Source: Squalus acanthias
Lineage: Eukaryota
Assembly (NCBI GenBank): GCA_030390025.1
Contig: CM059453.1
Location: forward strand, 7,378,001-7,442,000
Length of the DNA stretch: 64,000 nt
Direction of reading: 5' to 3'
A program made the translations under genes and the position numbers. Positions 15,501-26,264 of the stretch are shown in pieces. The notes below the pieces were generated by a model. The model saw nothing but the letters and a program-made list of their open reading frames with translations. It was not told where the DNA came from and made no database searches. Every line of letters starts with the position of its first letter. The first letter of the stretch is position 1.

Positions 15501-17403
15501 TTAGCGATGCTCCTGCCAGTGGAATCAGTTTCTCTTTTATTGTGTATTAAAATTCAGCAGTATTTTTATCACCAATATCTAATCTCCCTTTAACATTCTC
15601 TACCCTAAGGAGAACAACCCCAGTTTCCCTGGACTCTTTCTTTAAGTGCAGTCCCTCATTCCTCCTACAATTCTAACAAATTTGTTCTGTACCTTCACTA
15701 ATGCATTGACGTCCTTTCGACGGTGTTATGCACAGAACTGAACAGAATTCGCCAGCCGAGGCATAACCACTGATGTACAAATGTTCAGCGTATTTTCCTT
15801 GTCTTCATAATCTGTAACTCAATTTATAAAAACCCGGATCAAGTATGCTATTTCGAAGCCTTAGAATCATTTTACAGTACAGAAGGCGAATATTCGGTCC
15901 GTTGTACCTGTGCTGGCTCTTTGAAAGAGGTTTCCAAATTAGTCCCACATCCCAGCCTTATCGATTCGTTCGGATATACAATTGCACGTTCTTTATTTCT
16001 TGCATCAAAACTTAACAACGCTCATCTCATGAATCAGCACCATTAGAAATCTTAACAGGTGCAGACAGCGCACTGCCATTGCATTCAGGTCCATATTTTT
16101 TTTAATTCGTTTATGGGATGTGGGCCACGCTGGCAAGGCCAGCATTTATTGACCATCCCTAAATGATCTTGAGAATGTGGTGGTGAGCCCCCTTCTTGAA
16201 ACGCTGCACACCGTGTGGTGAAGTTAGTCCCACAGTGCTGTTAGGGAGGGAGTTCCAGGATTTTGACCCATCGACGATGAAGGATCAGCGATATACTTCT
16301 AAGTGAAATGGGGAACTTGGAGTGGGCGGTGTTCCCATGCGCCTGCCGCCCTTGTCCTTCTAGGTGGAAGAATTCGCGTGTTTGGGAGGTGCAGCTGAAG
16401 AAGCCTTGGCGAGTTGCTGCAGTGCATCTTGTAGATGGTACACACTGCAGCCACGGTGCGCCGCTGGTGGAGGGAGTGAATGTTTAAGGTGGTGCATGGG
16501 GTGATGATCAAGTGGGCTGCTTTGTCCTGGATGGTGTCGAGCTTCTTGAGTATTGTTGGAGCTGCACTCATCCAGGCAAGTGGAGAATATTCCATCACAC
16601 TCCTTACTTGTACCTTATAGATGGCGCAAAGGCTTTGGGGAGTCGGGAGGTGAGACAATCGTCGCAAAATACCTAGCCTCTGACCTGCACTTCTTACCAC
16701 ATATTTGCAATAGCTCTGTTGTGGAGTATTGTAAAACAACACTCGGCACAAGGGTTTAGATCGACAGACAAGTTGTCTTTATTACACCGGTGGAGAGACA
16801 GTCTGCTCTGTCCTAGCCAGACGTTTCCAAATTGTTACAGCAAACACTACATTTTTATACATTACAATACACATGACCATCTCATGCAAAATATATTCCA
16901 GCCACCTGATTGGATCTTGGCCCGCATGCACCTTCACGGATTGGTTACGAATCTTAATATAAGCATGTATAAGCTGCCTCTTCGAACAATCACTCAAATT
17001 GCTGAATGCTAATTAAAAGATACCTTGGAATGCGACCTAGGTAATAAAGTTCTTACGGGTAGTTGAAATGCTGGACATCCTGTCTCCATTTAATTGTTTT
17101 ATATCTCTCCAAATGTCAGCTGTCGTTGACCACATCGTTATAGATGTGGCACTTCATGTTAGCCCTTACCTTTTTACAGTATTCAGGGAAACTGCCAGCA
17201 ATGTAATTTTAACTCTTTCCCCACAGCAGCTCCACATCTAACACAAATGACTTCCGTTACAGAGGGGCCATCAGTGTACAGAGGCTGGTCGTGGCGCCGC
17301 TCAATCGACTAAACCAGATCAGCGTGACGAGATTGTGTATGCGACCGTCAATTTCTCAAACTTCCGCAAACATGATCAATATATTCAAAATGAGGAGAGC
17401 TGA
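148..17403 (+). CDS. Gene A: Siglec/MAG-like inhibitory Ig-superfamily receptor (V-set + 3 C2-set + TM + 2 ITIMs), 5'-partial
   Basis: Exons 148-528, 3594-3905, 9565-9822, 10745-11032, 11856-11949, 14337-14424 and 17263-17403, all with AG/GT boundaries and compatible phases (1,1,1,1,2,0). Siglec-type Cys pattern (GSCAEIPC, E-strand [14 protein letters not shown]). ITIMs VIYSTV and IVYATV. Leader exon is upstream of the window. Confidence 0.88.
588..1097 (-). mobile_element. CR1 3' fragment (gene A only)
   Basis: TQRVVRSWNLLP...FKGRLD plus ctctatg tail; absent from the gene B intron. Confidence 0.82.
2231..2633 (+). mobile_element. Non-coding Penelope-type pLTR fragment (second family) carrying a hammerhead
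   Basis: Absent from the paralogous gene B intron; TSD caaatt (2225-2230, 2634-2639); hammerhead motif at 2504-2541. Confidence 0.7.
2504..2541 (+). ncRNA. Minimal type I hammerhead motif
   Basis: UCAC-CUGACGA-A-GGUGC(AGCA)GCUCC-GAAAG-CUU^GUGA; palindromic AAGCUU helix III; one stem II mismatch. Confidence 0.68.
3594..3905 (+). CDS. Gene A C2-set Ig exon 1
   Basis: tatag|aaaag...aaat|gtaag, 312 nt; EKPEI...CSVTHNCP...W...DGNILGC. Confidence 0.9.
3912..8979 (-). mobile_element. Full-length degenerate CR1 LINE (ORF1 with Cys-rich region and SGNH esterase; ORF2 APE + RT)
   Basis: IVIGDS / VHIGTND / DGLHL (7521-8444); VGDFN, LDLIL, GVPQGSVLGP, FADD; (ctctatga)-type 3' tail; TSD taagt (3907-3911, 8980-8984); absent from gene B. 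Confidence 0.92.
4695..5301 (+). mobile_element. 5'-truncated CR1 nested in the full-length CR1
   Basis: [10 protein letters not shown]...[14 protein letters not shown], ttctatgt tail, opposite orientation to the host; probable aaatg TSD. Confidence 0.85.
9565..9822 (+). CDS. Gene A C2-set Ig exon 2
   Basis: ttag|atgga...caat|gtaag, 258 nt; EGSSLLLYC...W...[12 protein letters not shown]. Confidence 0.9.
10745..11032 (+). CDS. Gene A membrane-proximal Ig exon (MAG domain-5-like C-x8-C-x-C)
   Basis: ttag|ataaa...aagg|gtacg, 288 nt; [19 protein letters not shown]...ISCVAANEHG. Confidence 0.88.
11856..11949 (+). CDS. Gene A transmembrane exon
   Basis: tttag|gaata...aaag|gtatgt; GIFSTTTVLIIGGGATGFVILIAVVLTLKIQR, hydrophobic stretch with no charged residue in its core. 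Confidence 0.88.
13066..14227 (+). mobile_element. CR1 3' fragment (pre-duplication)
   Basis: Degenerate RT C-terminus plus ttcttatg tail; same insertion present at 55114-56284. Confidence 0.85.
14337..14424 (+). CDS. Gene A cytoplasmic exon with ITIM VIYSTV
   Basis: ttcag|aaag...tgaa|gtaagt, phase 2-0; [30 protein letters not shown]. Confidence 0.87.
15210..15850 (-). mobile_element. Old CR1 3' fragment (shared with ~57255-57850)
   Basis: Degenerate CR1 3' sequence (aaggagaacaaccccag etc.); boundaries approximate. Confidence 0.6.
16099..16699 (-). mobile_element. 5'-truncated L2/CR1-group LINE (gene A only)
   Basis: AGQRLGILRR...VRSVMEYSPLAW...LDTIQDKA; TSD catattt (16092-16098, 16700-16706); empty site in gene B at ~60822. 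Confidence 0.82.
16717..17228 (-). mobile_element. Solo LTR (512 bp)
   Basis: TGTTGTGG...CCACAGCA termini (7/8 inverted), 4-bp TSD gctc, minus-strand AATAAA ~16780, absent from gene B. Confidence 0.75.
17263..17403 (+). CDS. Gene A last coding exon with ITIM IVYATV
   Basis: ctaac branch site ~17238; ttacag|AGG; RGHQCTE...DEIVYATVNF...NEES*; AATAAA at 17505-17510, conserved in gene B. Confidence 0.85.
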   Translation, partial: RGHQCTEAGRGAAQSTKPDQRDEIVYATVNFSNFRKHDQYIQNEES

Positions 17404-17808
17404 GAATATGCAGCAATGAAACATAAGTGAAAGTAAACAGTTGTTAAACTGTTAGCGCGGATGGTCTTGAAACTGACAATAGTTTAAAACACCTGATAAC
17501 ATAAAATAAATCAAACATTGTATTGAAATAAGCATTATCAGAATGGCGATCGTTGAGACAATCGGTTGCATGTTTTGATTTAAGTTCTCAAAGTGAAGTT
17601 CATTGGAATACAGTTGAGAGTGTGATTTTTTCATCAATGTAACTTTTCATTTTTTTTTAATCTATTCTTTGAAAATAACAATTTTACAAACCATAGCTAG
17701 CATCGTCTCTCTCTGTTAATCTACTGTAATCGATTGGCCCGCAGTATGAACCCTCACTAACGGGGATCAGGTTGCCAAAAAAGCTTGCAATGAAACACCA
17801 GAGACAAT

Positions 17809-18520
17809 GGCCCTGAATTTCTGTTCGGAGGCTTCCTGCGGGCGGAGGCCTCCGATTGGAAAAAAATCTACGAACTTACCTGCAGGTTCAGTAGATACCG
17901 AGGCTTGAGATCCTGGTCCTCTCCTCTTCGAAATGCGCAGAAGCCCACGTATCCCAGGGGCGCATTCGGTTCCCAAGCGGCCGTGCGATCTCCTGGGCCA
18001 GGCGAACCAATGGAAGAAGGGAATCCCCCTTCATACCTTTTTGACAGTTGCGTCCGCAATGAACTGTCAAACGTATAAATGGGGATGACTACAAAAATGC
18101 ACCAACTCACTGAAATAAATAAATAAAAATCATTACATTTATAACATTAATTAAAATGCCGTTTTATTAAATATTTTAAACAGAAATTTAATTTTTTGAA
18201 AAATGAATTTAAATGTTTTAAAGCAGCTAAATAAACCTTACATTATTGCAAATGTTTTTTCATCTTTAAATGATTGTAAAAAATCATTGTAATGTTATTT
18301 TAAACTCTTAGCTAGTAAAATCAGGCCTGACGCCTGCTTTTACAAGGCGTAAGAATTCTATAGCCTTTCAGCGGGCGGAGGTTGAGCAAAAAGCGCAACT
18401 CTCCAGCCGCGGAGGCCCTTCTCCAGTGGATGCGGAGGATCCGGTATTAGCGCATGCGCTTCGTATGCCTGAACCCGGCACTTGCGCGGCCACTACAGGT
18501 GCGTCGCCAAATTCGGCCCC
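17809..18520. mobile_element. MITE-like non-autonomous DNA element (GGCCC.GAATTT TIRs)
   Basis: ggccctgaattt...aaattcggcccc; GC-rich arms, AT-rich centre; paralog at 61412-62139. Confidence 0.65.
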
Positions 18521-18742
18521 TAAACTTTACTTACTGGTGCGCCTAAAATCAGGTGCTTATTTAAAGAGATCCTTAAAGCAAAGTGCCTGTTTACATCATC
18601 GTATTGTCATATCTAAGGGTTAAATAAAACATTTAAAAAAACAAAATTATGTACATACACTGTATTAAATGAGTGTATGCAGACATCGGCCCGATTACCG
18701 TTTTAATAATGTATGAAATTATCAAAAAAATATTTTTTTATT

Positions 18743-19512
18743 AGCCCTGAATTTGCGGTCGGAGGAATACTTCCGGAGTACACCTCTCACCTGCGAAATA
18801 TTTCCGAACTAAGCCCTTGGCTCCACAGCTACGGAGAGTTCGGATGCTGGGATTCCCAGCGTCCGCCTGCTAAAAGCTAAAGGATCCCAGGGATGCAGTC
18901 GGTCCGGAAACGTCACTGGGATCACGTGGGCCGAGTCCTCCAATCAGAATGGGGAATTCCATTGCAGTCATTTACGAAGGGAATCCGCAAATGATGTGCA
19001 AGTGAAGCCATAAATAATTAGACAATTCAGACAAATCTAATAAATATAAATGTTCTGTTTTTCAAATTTATTTAAAAGTCCCTCAATCACACCAAATGCA
19101 AGAAAAAAATAATTTTCTGATAAATATTTTTAAACATTTTAAGCTGGGCCAAATTTGCATAAACTAATTTTAATTGTTTGTGCAGCATTTTTTATTGTTA
19201 AATTTTTAAATCATGATTTATATTAACCGCTACGCTAGTGAAAGCAGACACTACCCATTCTTAAACAGCCATCAGTGTTTCGTGGGCAATTGTTGTGCAG
19301 TAGTTTGGCAAATAGCCCAACTGTGCGACAGCGAATATGATTTCTCTGTCAGTTCTTTCGAATTCTCAAGGCGTACCTGGACAGATCGCAAGTTCCTGAT
19401 TTGCGCGCATGCGCAACACATGAGTAGACCCAAAATTTGCCGGGCCCAAACTGAAGGATTAGGATGGCATAGGCTGAGCGAATGCCGTCAAAGACACCAT
19501 AAATTCTGGCCC
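18743..19512. mobile_element. MITE-like element of a related family
   Basis: gccctgaattt...aaattctggccc; paralog at 62614-63385; related sequence at ~19513-20050 and ~21600-22290. Confidence 0.65.
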
Positions 19513-20906
19513 ACTGAGTTTAGTGGAATGAAGGTAATTGTGATTAAAATTCCAATTCTGTTAACTGTATAAGTTTTACATTTCGGCATTCCTTTGCATA
19601 TCATTAGCGGATTCCCTTCGTAAATGACTGCAAAGGAAATCTCCTTTGTCATTGGAGGACCAAGCACATGTGATCCCAGGTAGCTTCCGCACTGCCTGTG
19701 CCCTTGGATCTGTGGGCCATTACACTGCCCTCCGCCATGTGGCCCGAGACCGCAACTTTTCGCAGCCTGCCCGCCAACAGGTGATTTCGTCATTGTTTGG
19801 CGGGTCGGAAGCGCACACTGGAGGTACACCTCCAGCCTCAATTTCCAGCAAACCATTTATTTCGACGTATTTGGTTTCAGGCTTCATTTTGCATCTTGAC
19901 AGAAAAAAAATCACAGGATTTGTAAATCTGTTTTCCGCTCACTCACGACAACAGGTGAGTTTCTGATTTTTTTTGAAGATTTAATTGGCTCCAATCAGCC
20001 TCCGCCCACATAGCCCATGCACCGAGGTGAAATTGCTGGAGGGTGTAATTACAGTTTGATCAGTTCACACAGACAGGTTCCAATAGAAATTAGGGCACAG
20101 GAACTTATCATGGGAAATGTTGACTGTAATTGCATTAGACGCATTTAAAAAAAAAAATAGTATTCGATTTTCCCAGTCACTCGACGCGTGGAAGGTCAGA
20201 GAGTGCGGTCTCTATTCCGTGTCGCTGAAGACTACTCATTGCCATTTTGCTCCCTCTATTTCCTCTTTCGCTTCTGTCACTCTCTTGTTCACTCGTTCTC
20301 TGATCTCCTGTGCTTCTCACCAATTAACTTTTCCCACTTTTGTCTCGCCCCCGACTGATTCTCTATATTTCTGTAACTTTCTTATTTCCTTTCAGTTTAA
20401 TTCGTATTGCATGCTGCGATGCGGAAAGGAGTCACCAATGCTTGTATGATGGATTTGTCCTGTCAAATTCAGGGAAAATGCGGCAACGCCAGCTCCCTTC
20501 CCACCTGTTCCCCAATCATTTATGCTTCCCCAATCTCCTCAATCCAGTCCCATCGCCTACCCCGTCAAAGTCCCACTACTCCCTCACGTTTCTATAATTG
20601 CCACACGAATAGAATTACCCATTACTCTGTCAAATTCCACTTGTTCCTTTGGTAACTGTCCCTTCATTAGAATAGTTTGTCATAAGGGTAAATGTCGGAG
20701 CTCCATCTCTTCAGCTTGTTTTCCGAGTCTCCTTTCCCTCACGTTCCTTTGCTCCTTTCCTCTTTCTTCCCCTCAAAGATGCATTGTTTGTATTCAAAAT
20801 AAAACTTTTTTCTTATTCAAGGAAATTACCTTGCAATATGGATATTAACCAGACAGACAGCAAATGATAGATACATAGGTAGAGGGATAGCGGGAGAGGG
20901 AGATAC

Positions 20907-20907
<1 letters not shown>

Positions 20908-20986
<79 letters not shown>
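20908..20986 (+). repeat. (GATA)n microsatellite, ~20 units
   Basis: Perfect tagatagata run. Confidence 0.97.
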
Positions 20987-20987
<1 letters not shown>

Positions 20988-22904
20988 ATTAGTAATCCAG
21001 TTTGATATATCATCAAATATACACCGGCACAAAAGTGAAGCTGTGGATTCCGTCTTAATTTGCTTAATATTAATGGACAGTCGAATTACAACGGCCGAGC
21101 TCTTGTTAATAATCTACAACGATGTCTTTTCAATGTGCTGTTCAGAATTCGTACGCTATTCTGACACAGTGACATCTCAACACTACTTTCTACCTTGTAC
21201 CGATTCTCAGATTGCCATTTTAAGTTTTGTATGTGTTTAACATTCGTAAGTTATTATCACACAGTATTAATCTGAGGCTAGTAAATTATTAATGCACAAC
21301 TGTCACACCGTGCCATTTAAAATCAGGCCTGTATTTGTACATGGTCAAACAATATAATTTAAATACTGAAAATTTTCCATTTCTTATCATGCAAACAAAA
21401 CTCGGTTAACCAAAGAGAAGAATTACATCTGTGTCCCTTGAATTAAACTTTGAGCTCATTGATTCTCATTTTGACTATACATGAATCCCGGGACTGCTGC
21501 ATGTTGGAAATGTAGAATCGGCAAAAAACTAATGCGGATATTGTCGATTATTATTAATGTCTTAATTCAGGAAAAGACTTGCTCTACTGTGCAATAATTG
21601 CCCTTGGAGCTGTGCCTCCAGAGTACGCCTCCGACGTGTGAAATATTTATGCACCTATCTGATGGCGGCGAGGCTGCGAAAACCTGCAGTCTCAGGATGC
21701 GAGGCGGAGGGCAGTGCAATGCCCTAAAGATCCCAGGGACGCAGGCGGTGTGGAAGTTTACCAGGGCTCACGTGGGCCTGGTCCTACATTCAAAAAGTAG
21801 AATTCGATGTTATTCATTTCCGAATGGAATCTCGTGATGAGATGTAATATAATCCCGAAATCTAATTTAATTACAATTTACAGAATTGGAATTTCGATCG
21901 TAATTTGCATCATTCCAGCAACCTCACTTAAAATGTAATTTATGATAATTTTCAACATCTTTAAAACTCTAATCAGGGCCAATATTTGTGGAAACTCACT
22001 TGATACAGTGTAGGTGTATAATTTACGATGTAAAAATGTTCCAATCATGCCAGAAAAATCTTCTTACGCAGATGCAAACAGGCCCTTCACCTCTCCGCAT
22101 CCACCTTAACATTTCTGTGTGCAATTTCTGGCCAGCAATTGCTTTCTTTTGGTCTGTGCGGCTGGCCTGTCAACACGTACGCTGACAGACCGCAAGTTCC
22201 AGAAAGCGCATGCAGAAATCCTGAACTTGCGGTGGATTTCAAAGGAGGAATTGTATCGTACTCTACGCCGCCATACCGACTACAAAAACCGGTCCAATAT
22301 AGAATATTGTGGCTAAAGGGAAGTGGGAGTGCAAAGTGAGATAACGAAGTTCTACATCGCCTAACTTCAACAATTGACAACGAACTCAGTGAAATGCGAT
22401 GGGATCTCTTTTTGTTGTTAGATATAAGAGTTTGTAATGGAGAGTTTGAGCAGTGCCATGGATAGGGAATGGTACAAATATCAAAACGGGTCATCTTTAA
22501 TTCTTCCTTAAACGGACATTAATTCATGGGAGGCTGCAAAGGCATTAAACTACTTAAACGTTAAACCTGTGCAGGAGAGCTGTTGAACTGCGACTGTTGA
22601 AAGGGTAACTGAGACAAGAGATGCACCGTGTGATGTGTGCAATGACACCAGCAATGGTTCCTGAAATTTATCTCTAATTTGTATTCCCATTGAAATCGAA
22701 AAGGTTTGAAGACATACCGCATACCAGCCAAGCGTATTCGCTAATGTATCCTATCTAGTAGTTTGCATTCATTAAAAACAGAAAAAATGACAGCTAAATG
22801 TAGCTCATCGGCTGAAATCTAACGAAGAGGTTCGAATAGCTTATGTGTACATTAACACATACCCAACAATGACTTCGCGATTGGATTTTGATGTATTGTT
22901 TTGG

Positions 22905-23204
22905 GTGGTTTATATGTAGAATAACGGATACCCGGGAGTGAATTACAGGCTGGAATCTAAACAAGGGGTTCAGGGTTGTTATATATAGATTAACAGATAC
23001 CTGGGAGTGAGTTACAGGCTGTAATCTAATCGAGGAGTTCGGGGCGCGGGTAGGGGTTATATATAGAGTAACAGATAACTGGGAGTTAATTACAGGCCGG
23101 AATATAATCGAGGGGTTTCAGTGTGTTTTGTATATAGAATAACAGATAACCGGGAGTGAGTTACAGGCTGGAATCAAATCGAGCGGTTCGGGAGAGGCTT
23201 TATA
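22905..23204 (+). repeat. ~67-bp minisatellite (tatatagaataacagatacccgggagtgagttacaggctggaatctaatcgaggggttc...)
   Basis: Tandem units; the array continues at 24497-24690 and 32716-32880, split by CR1 and Penelope insertions. Confidence 0.88.
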
Positions 23205-24495
23205 TAAGAACATAAGAACATAAGAAATAGGAGCAGGAGTAGGCCAATTGGCCCCTCGAGCCTGCTCCGCCATTCAATAAGATCATGGCTGATCTGATCC
23301 TAACCGCCAATCTACTATCACAGAACCATCTCCTGAACCTAACAGAATTGGACACACGAAATAGGAGCAGGAACAGGCTACACGGCCCCTGGGCCCGCTG
23401 CGCTAGCCACAGAGCCATGGCCAATCCGAACCAACACTCATGTCCAAATTCCAGCCCGCTTCCCGTAACCCTTAATTCCCTTTACTTCTAGGAAACTGTC
23501 TTTTCATGTTTTAAATTTATGTAATGATGTAGCTTCTACAGCTTTTTGGGGCAGCATATTTCATGGACCTACCACCCTCTGAGTGAAGTAGTTCCTTCTC
23601 ATCTCAGTTTTGAAAGAGCAGCCCCTTATTCTAAGACTATGCCCCCTAGTTCTATTTTCACCCATCATCGGGAACATACTCCCCGCATCCACCCGATCCA
23701 AACCCTTCACAATCTTATATGTTTCAATAAGATCGCCTCTCATTCTTCTGAACTCCAATGAGTAGAGTCCCAATTCACCCAACCTCTCCTCATATGTCCA
23801 CCCCCTCATCCCCGGGATTAACCGAGTGAACCTTCTTTGTACTGACTCGAGAGCAAATATGTATTTTCTTAAGTAAGGACACCAAAACTGTATGCAGTAT
23901 TCCACTTGCGGTCTCACCAATACCTTGTACAACTGAAGCAATACCTCCCTATTTTTATATTCTATCCCCCTAGCAATGAAAGCCAACATTCCATTGTCCA
24001 TCTTAATCACTTGCTGCATCTGCATACTAACCTTTTGAGTTTCGTGCACCAGGACCCCCAAATACCTTTGTACTTCAGTACTTTCCAATTTCTTGCCATT
24101 AATATAATAACTTGCTCTACTATTTTTCCTGCCAAAGTTCATAACCTCACACTTTCCAGTATTGTATTCCATCTGCCAAATCTCTGCCCACTTACTTCGC
24201 CTGTCTATGTCCCCTTGCAGATTTTTTATGTCCTCCTCACTCACTACTTTCCCTCCCATCTTAGTTTCATCTGCAAACGTTGATATGTTACAGTCGGTCC
24301 CCTCCTCCAAATCGTTAATATAGATTGTAAACAGTTGGGGATCCATCAATGACCCCTGCGGAACACCACTAGTTACTGATTGCCAGTCTGAGAATGAACC
24401 ATTTATCCCAACTCTCTGCCTTCTGTTAGAAAGCCAATCCTCTGTCCATGCCAGAATTATACCCCCAATCCCGTGATTTTTTATCTTAAGCAATA
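23205..24495 (-). mobile_element. 5'-truncated CR1 inserted in the minisatellite
   Basis: 310-aa RT fragment (GVPQGS, FADE) and ttcttatg tail. Confidence 0.9.
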
Positions 24496-24785
24496 ATATA
24501 TGGAAGAACAGATAACTGGGAGTGAGTTACAGACTGAAATCTATCGAGTAGTTTCATTTTGGTTTGTATATGGAATAACAGATAGCCGGGAGTAAGTTAC
24601 AGGCTGGAATCCAATCGAGGGGTTCGGGGGAGTGTTTATATATAAAATTACCGATAGTGGGGAATGAGTTACAGACTGGAATATAATGGATAGCAAAATA
24701 CTGCGGATGCTGGAAATCTGAAATAACAACAGAAAACGCTGGAAAAACTCAGCAGGCCAGGCAGTATCCAAGGAGAGAGAAAGAG

Positions 24786-24822
24786 AGTTAACGTTTCAGG
24801 TCGATGACCTTCCGTCAGAACT
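24786..24822 (-). ncRNA. Hammerhead motif in the inverted pLTR (core variant CUGACGG)
   Basis: Reverse complement reads agttctgacggaaggtcatcgacctgaaacgttaact; one core substitution. Confidence 0.6.
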
Positions 24823-26209
24823 GTGAAGAGCCGGAAATCAAATAGATTTAAGGCCAGAGTAAAGCTGGGAAAAGGGGGAGGGGATAAAAGAACAAAGGGG
24901 GGGTGGGTGAAGAGACATTAAGAGACATTAAGAGATATGCAAGACTAGAGGCGGTGTTAATGTGACAGATTAAGGCTGAAAGAAGTGTGAAATCCACGGG
25001 CAGAATGAAGGACAGCTGCCAGCTTCTAGGAGGAAAAAAAAGGTAGGGGGGGTGCAAATAAAAGGGTGGAAAAAATAAAATATAAATGTGATTGGAGCTG
25101 AGGTTATGATCTAAAATTGTTGAACTCGATATTGAGTCCAGAGGGCTGTAGCGTGCCTAAACGAAAGATGAGGTGCTGTTCCTCGAGCTTACGCTGCGCT
25201 TCTGTGGAACAGTGTAATAGGCCGAGGACGGTGAGGTCAGAGTGGGAGTGAAGCGGTGAATTAAAGTGACAGGCCACCGGGAGCTCGGGGTCCCCCTTAC
25301 GGACTGAACGGAGGTGTTCCGCAAAGCGGTCACCCAATCTGCGTTTGGTCTCCTCACCTTTCACCCCACCAGCCTCCACATTCAACGGATCATCCTCCGC
25401 CATTTCCGCCACCTCCAGCGTGATCCCACCTTTCAGCATTCCGCAAGGACCGCTCCCTCCGCGACACCCTAGTCCACTCCTCTACCACCCCCAGCACCCC
25501 TTCCCCTTCGCCCGGCACCTTCCCGTGCACGCGCAGGAGATGCAACACATGCCCTTATACCTCCCCTCTTCCCACTGTCCAGGGCCCCAAACACCCCTTC
25601 CAGGTGAAACAGCGATTTACTTGTACTTCCTGCAATTTAGTATACTGTATTTGCTGCTCACGATGTGGTCTCCTCTACATTGGGGAGACCAAACGCAGAT
25701 TGGGTGACCGCTTTGCAGAACACCTCCGTTCAGTCCGTAAGGGGGACCCCGAGCTCCCGGTGGCCTGTCACTTTAATTCACCGCTTCACTCCCACTCTGA
25801 CCTCACCGTCCTCGGCCTATTACACTGTTCCACGGTAGTGCAGCGTAAGCTCGAGGAACAGCACCTCATCTTTCGTTTAGGCACGCTACAGCCCTCTGGA
25901 CTCAATATCGAGTTCAACAATTTTAGATCATAACCTCAGCTCCAATCACATTTATATTTTATTTTTTCCACCCTTTTATTTGCCCCCCCCACCTTTTTTT
26001 TCCTCCTAGAAGCTGGCAGCTATCCTTCATTCTGCCAGTGGATTTCACACTTCTTTCAGCCTTAATCTGTCACATTAACACCACCTCTAGCCTTGCATAT
26101 CTCTTAATGTCTCTTAATGTCTCTTCACTCCCCCCTTTGTTCTTTTATCCCCTCCCCCTTTTCCCAGCTTTACTCTGGCCTTAAATCTATTTGATTTCCG
26201 GCTCTTCAC

Positions 26210-26246
26210 AGTTCTGACGAAAGGTCATCGACCTGAAACGTTAACT
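26210..26246 (+). ncRNA. Minimal type I hammerhead ribozyme in Penelope pLTR
   Basis: AGUU-CUGACGA-A-AGGUC(AUC)GACCU-GAAAC-GUU^AACU: stem I AGUU/AACU, 5-bp stem II, palindromic loop-less helix III (AACGUU). Confidence 0.8.
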
Positions 26247-26264
26247 CTCTTTCTCTCTCCACGG

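Noticed and set aside
17227-17241. ccacag/cag as the main acceptor of gene A's last exon
   Set aside because: Leads to an immediate TAA and comes from the LTR end; the acceptor at 17262 is conserved in B and C
148-17403. Calling gene A or B the true MAG or CD22 ortholog
   Set aside because: Four Ig domains (MAG has 5, CD22 has 7), no essential Arg, and a fast-evolving multicopy cluster; orthology needs a phylogeny, so no symbol was given
20813-21032. IYLS-repeat ORFs resembling a TM protein
   Set aside because: Translation of the (GATA)n microsatellite
25104-25439. Separate minus-strand GIY-YIG gene
   Set aside because: Chimeric ORF across the Penelope inversion junction
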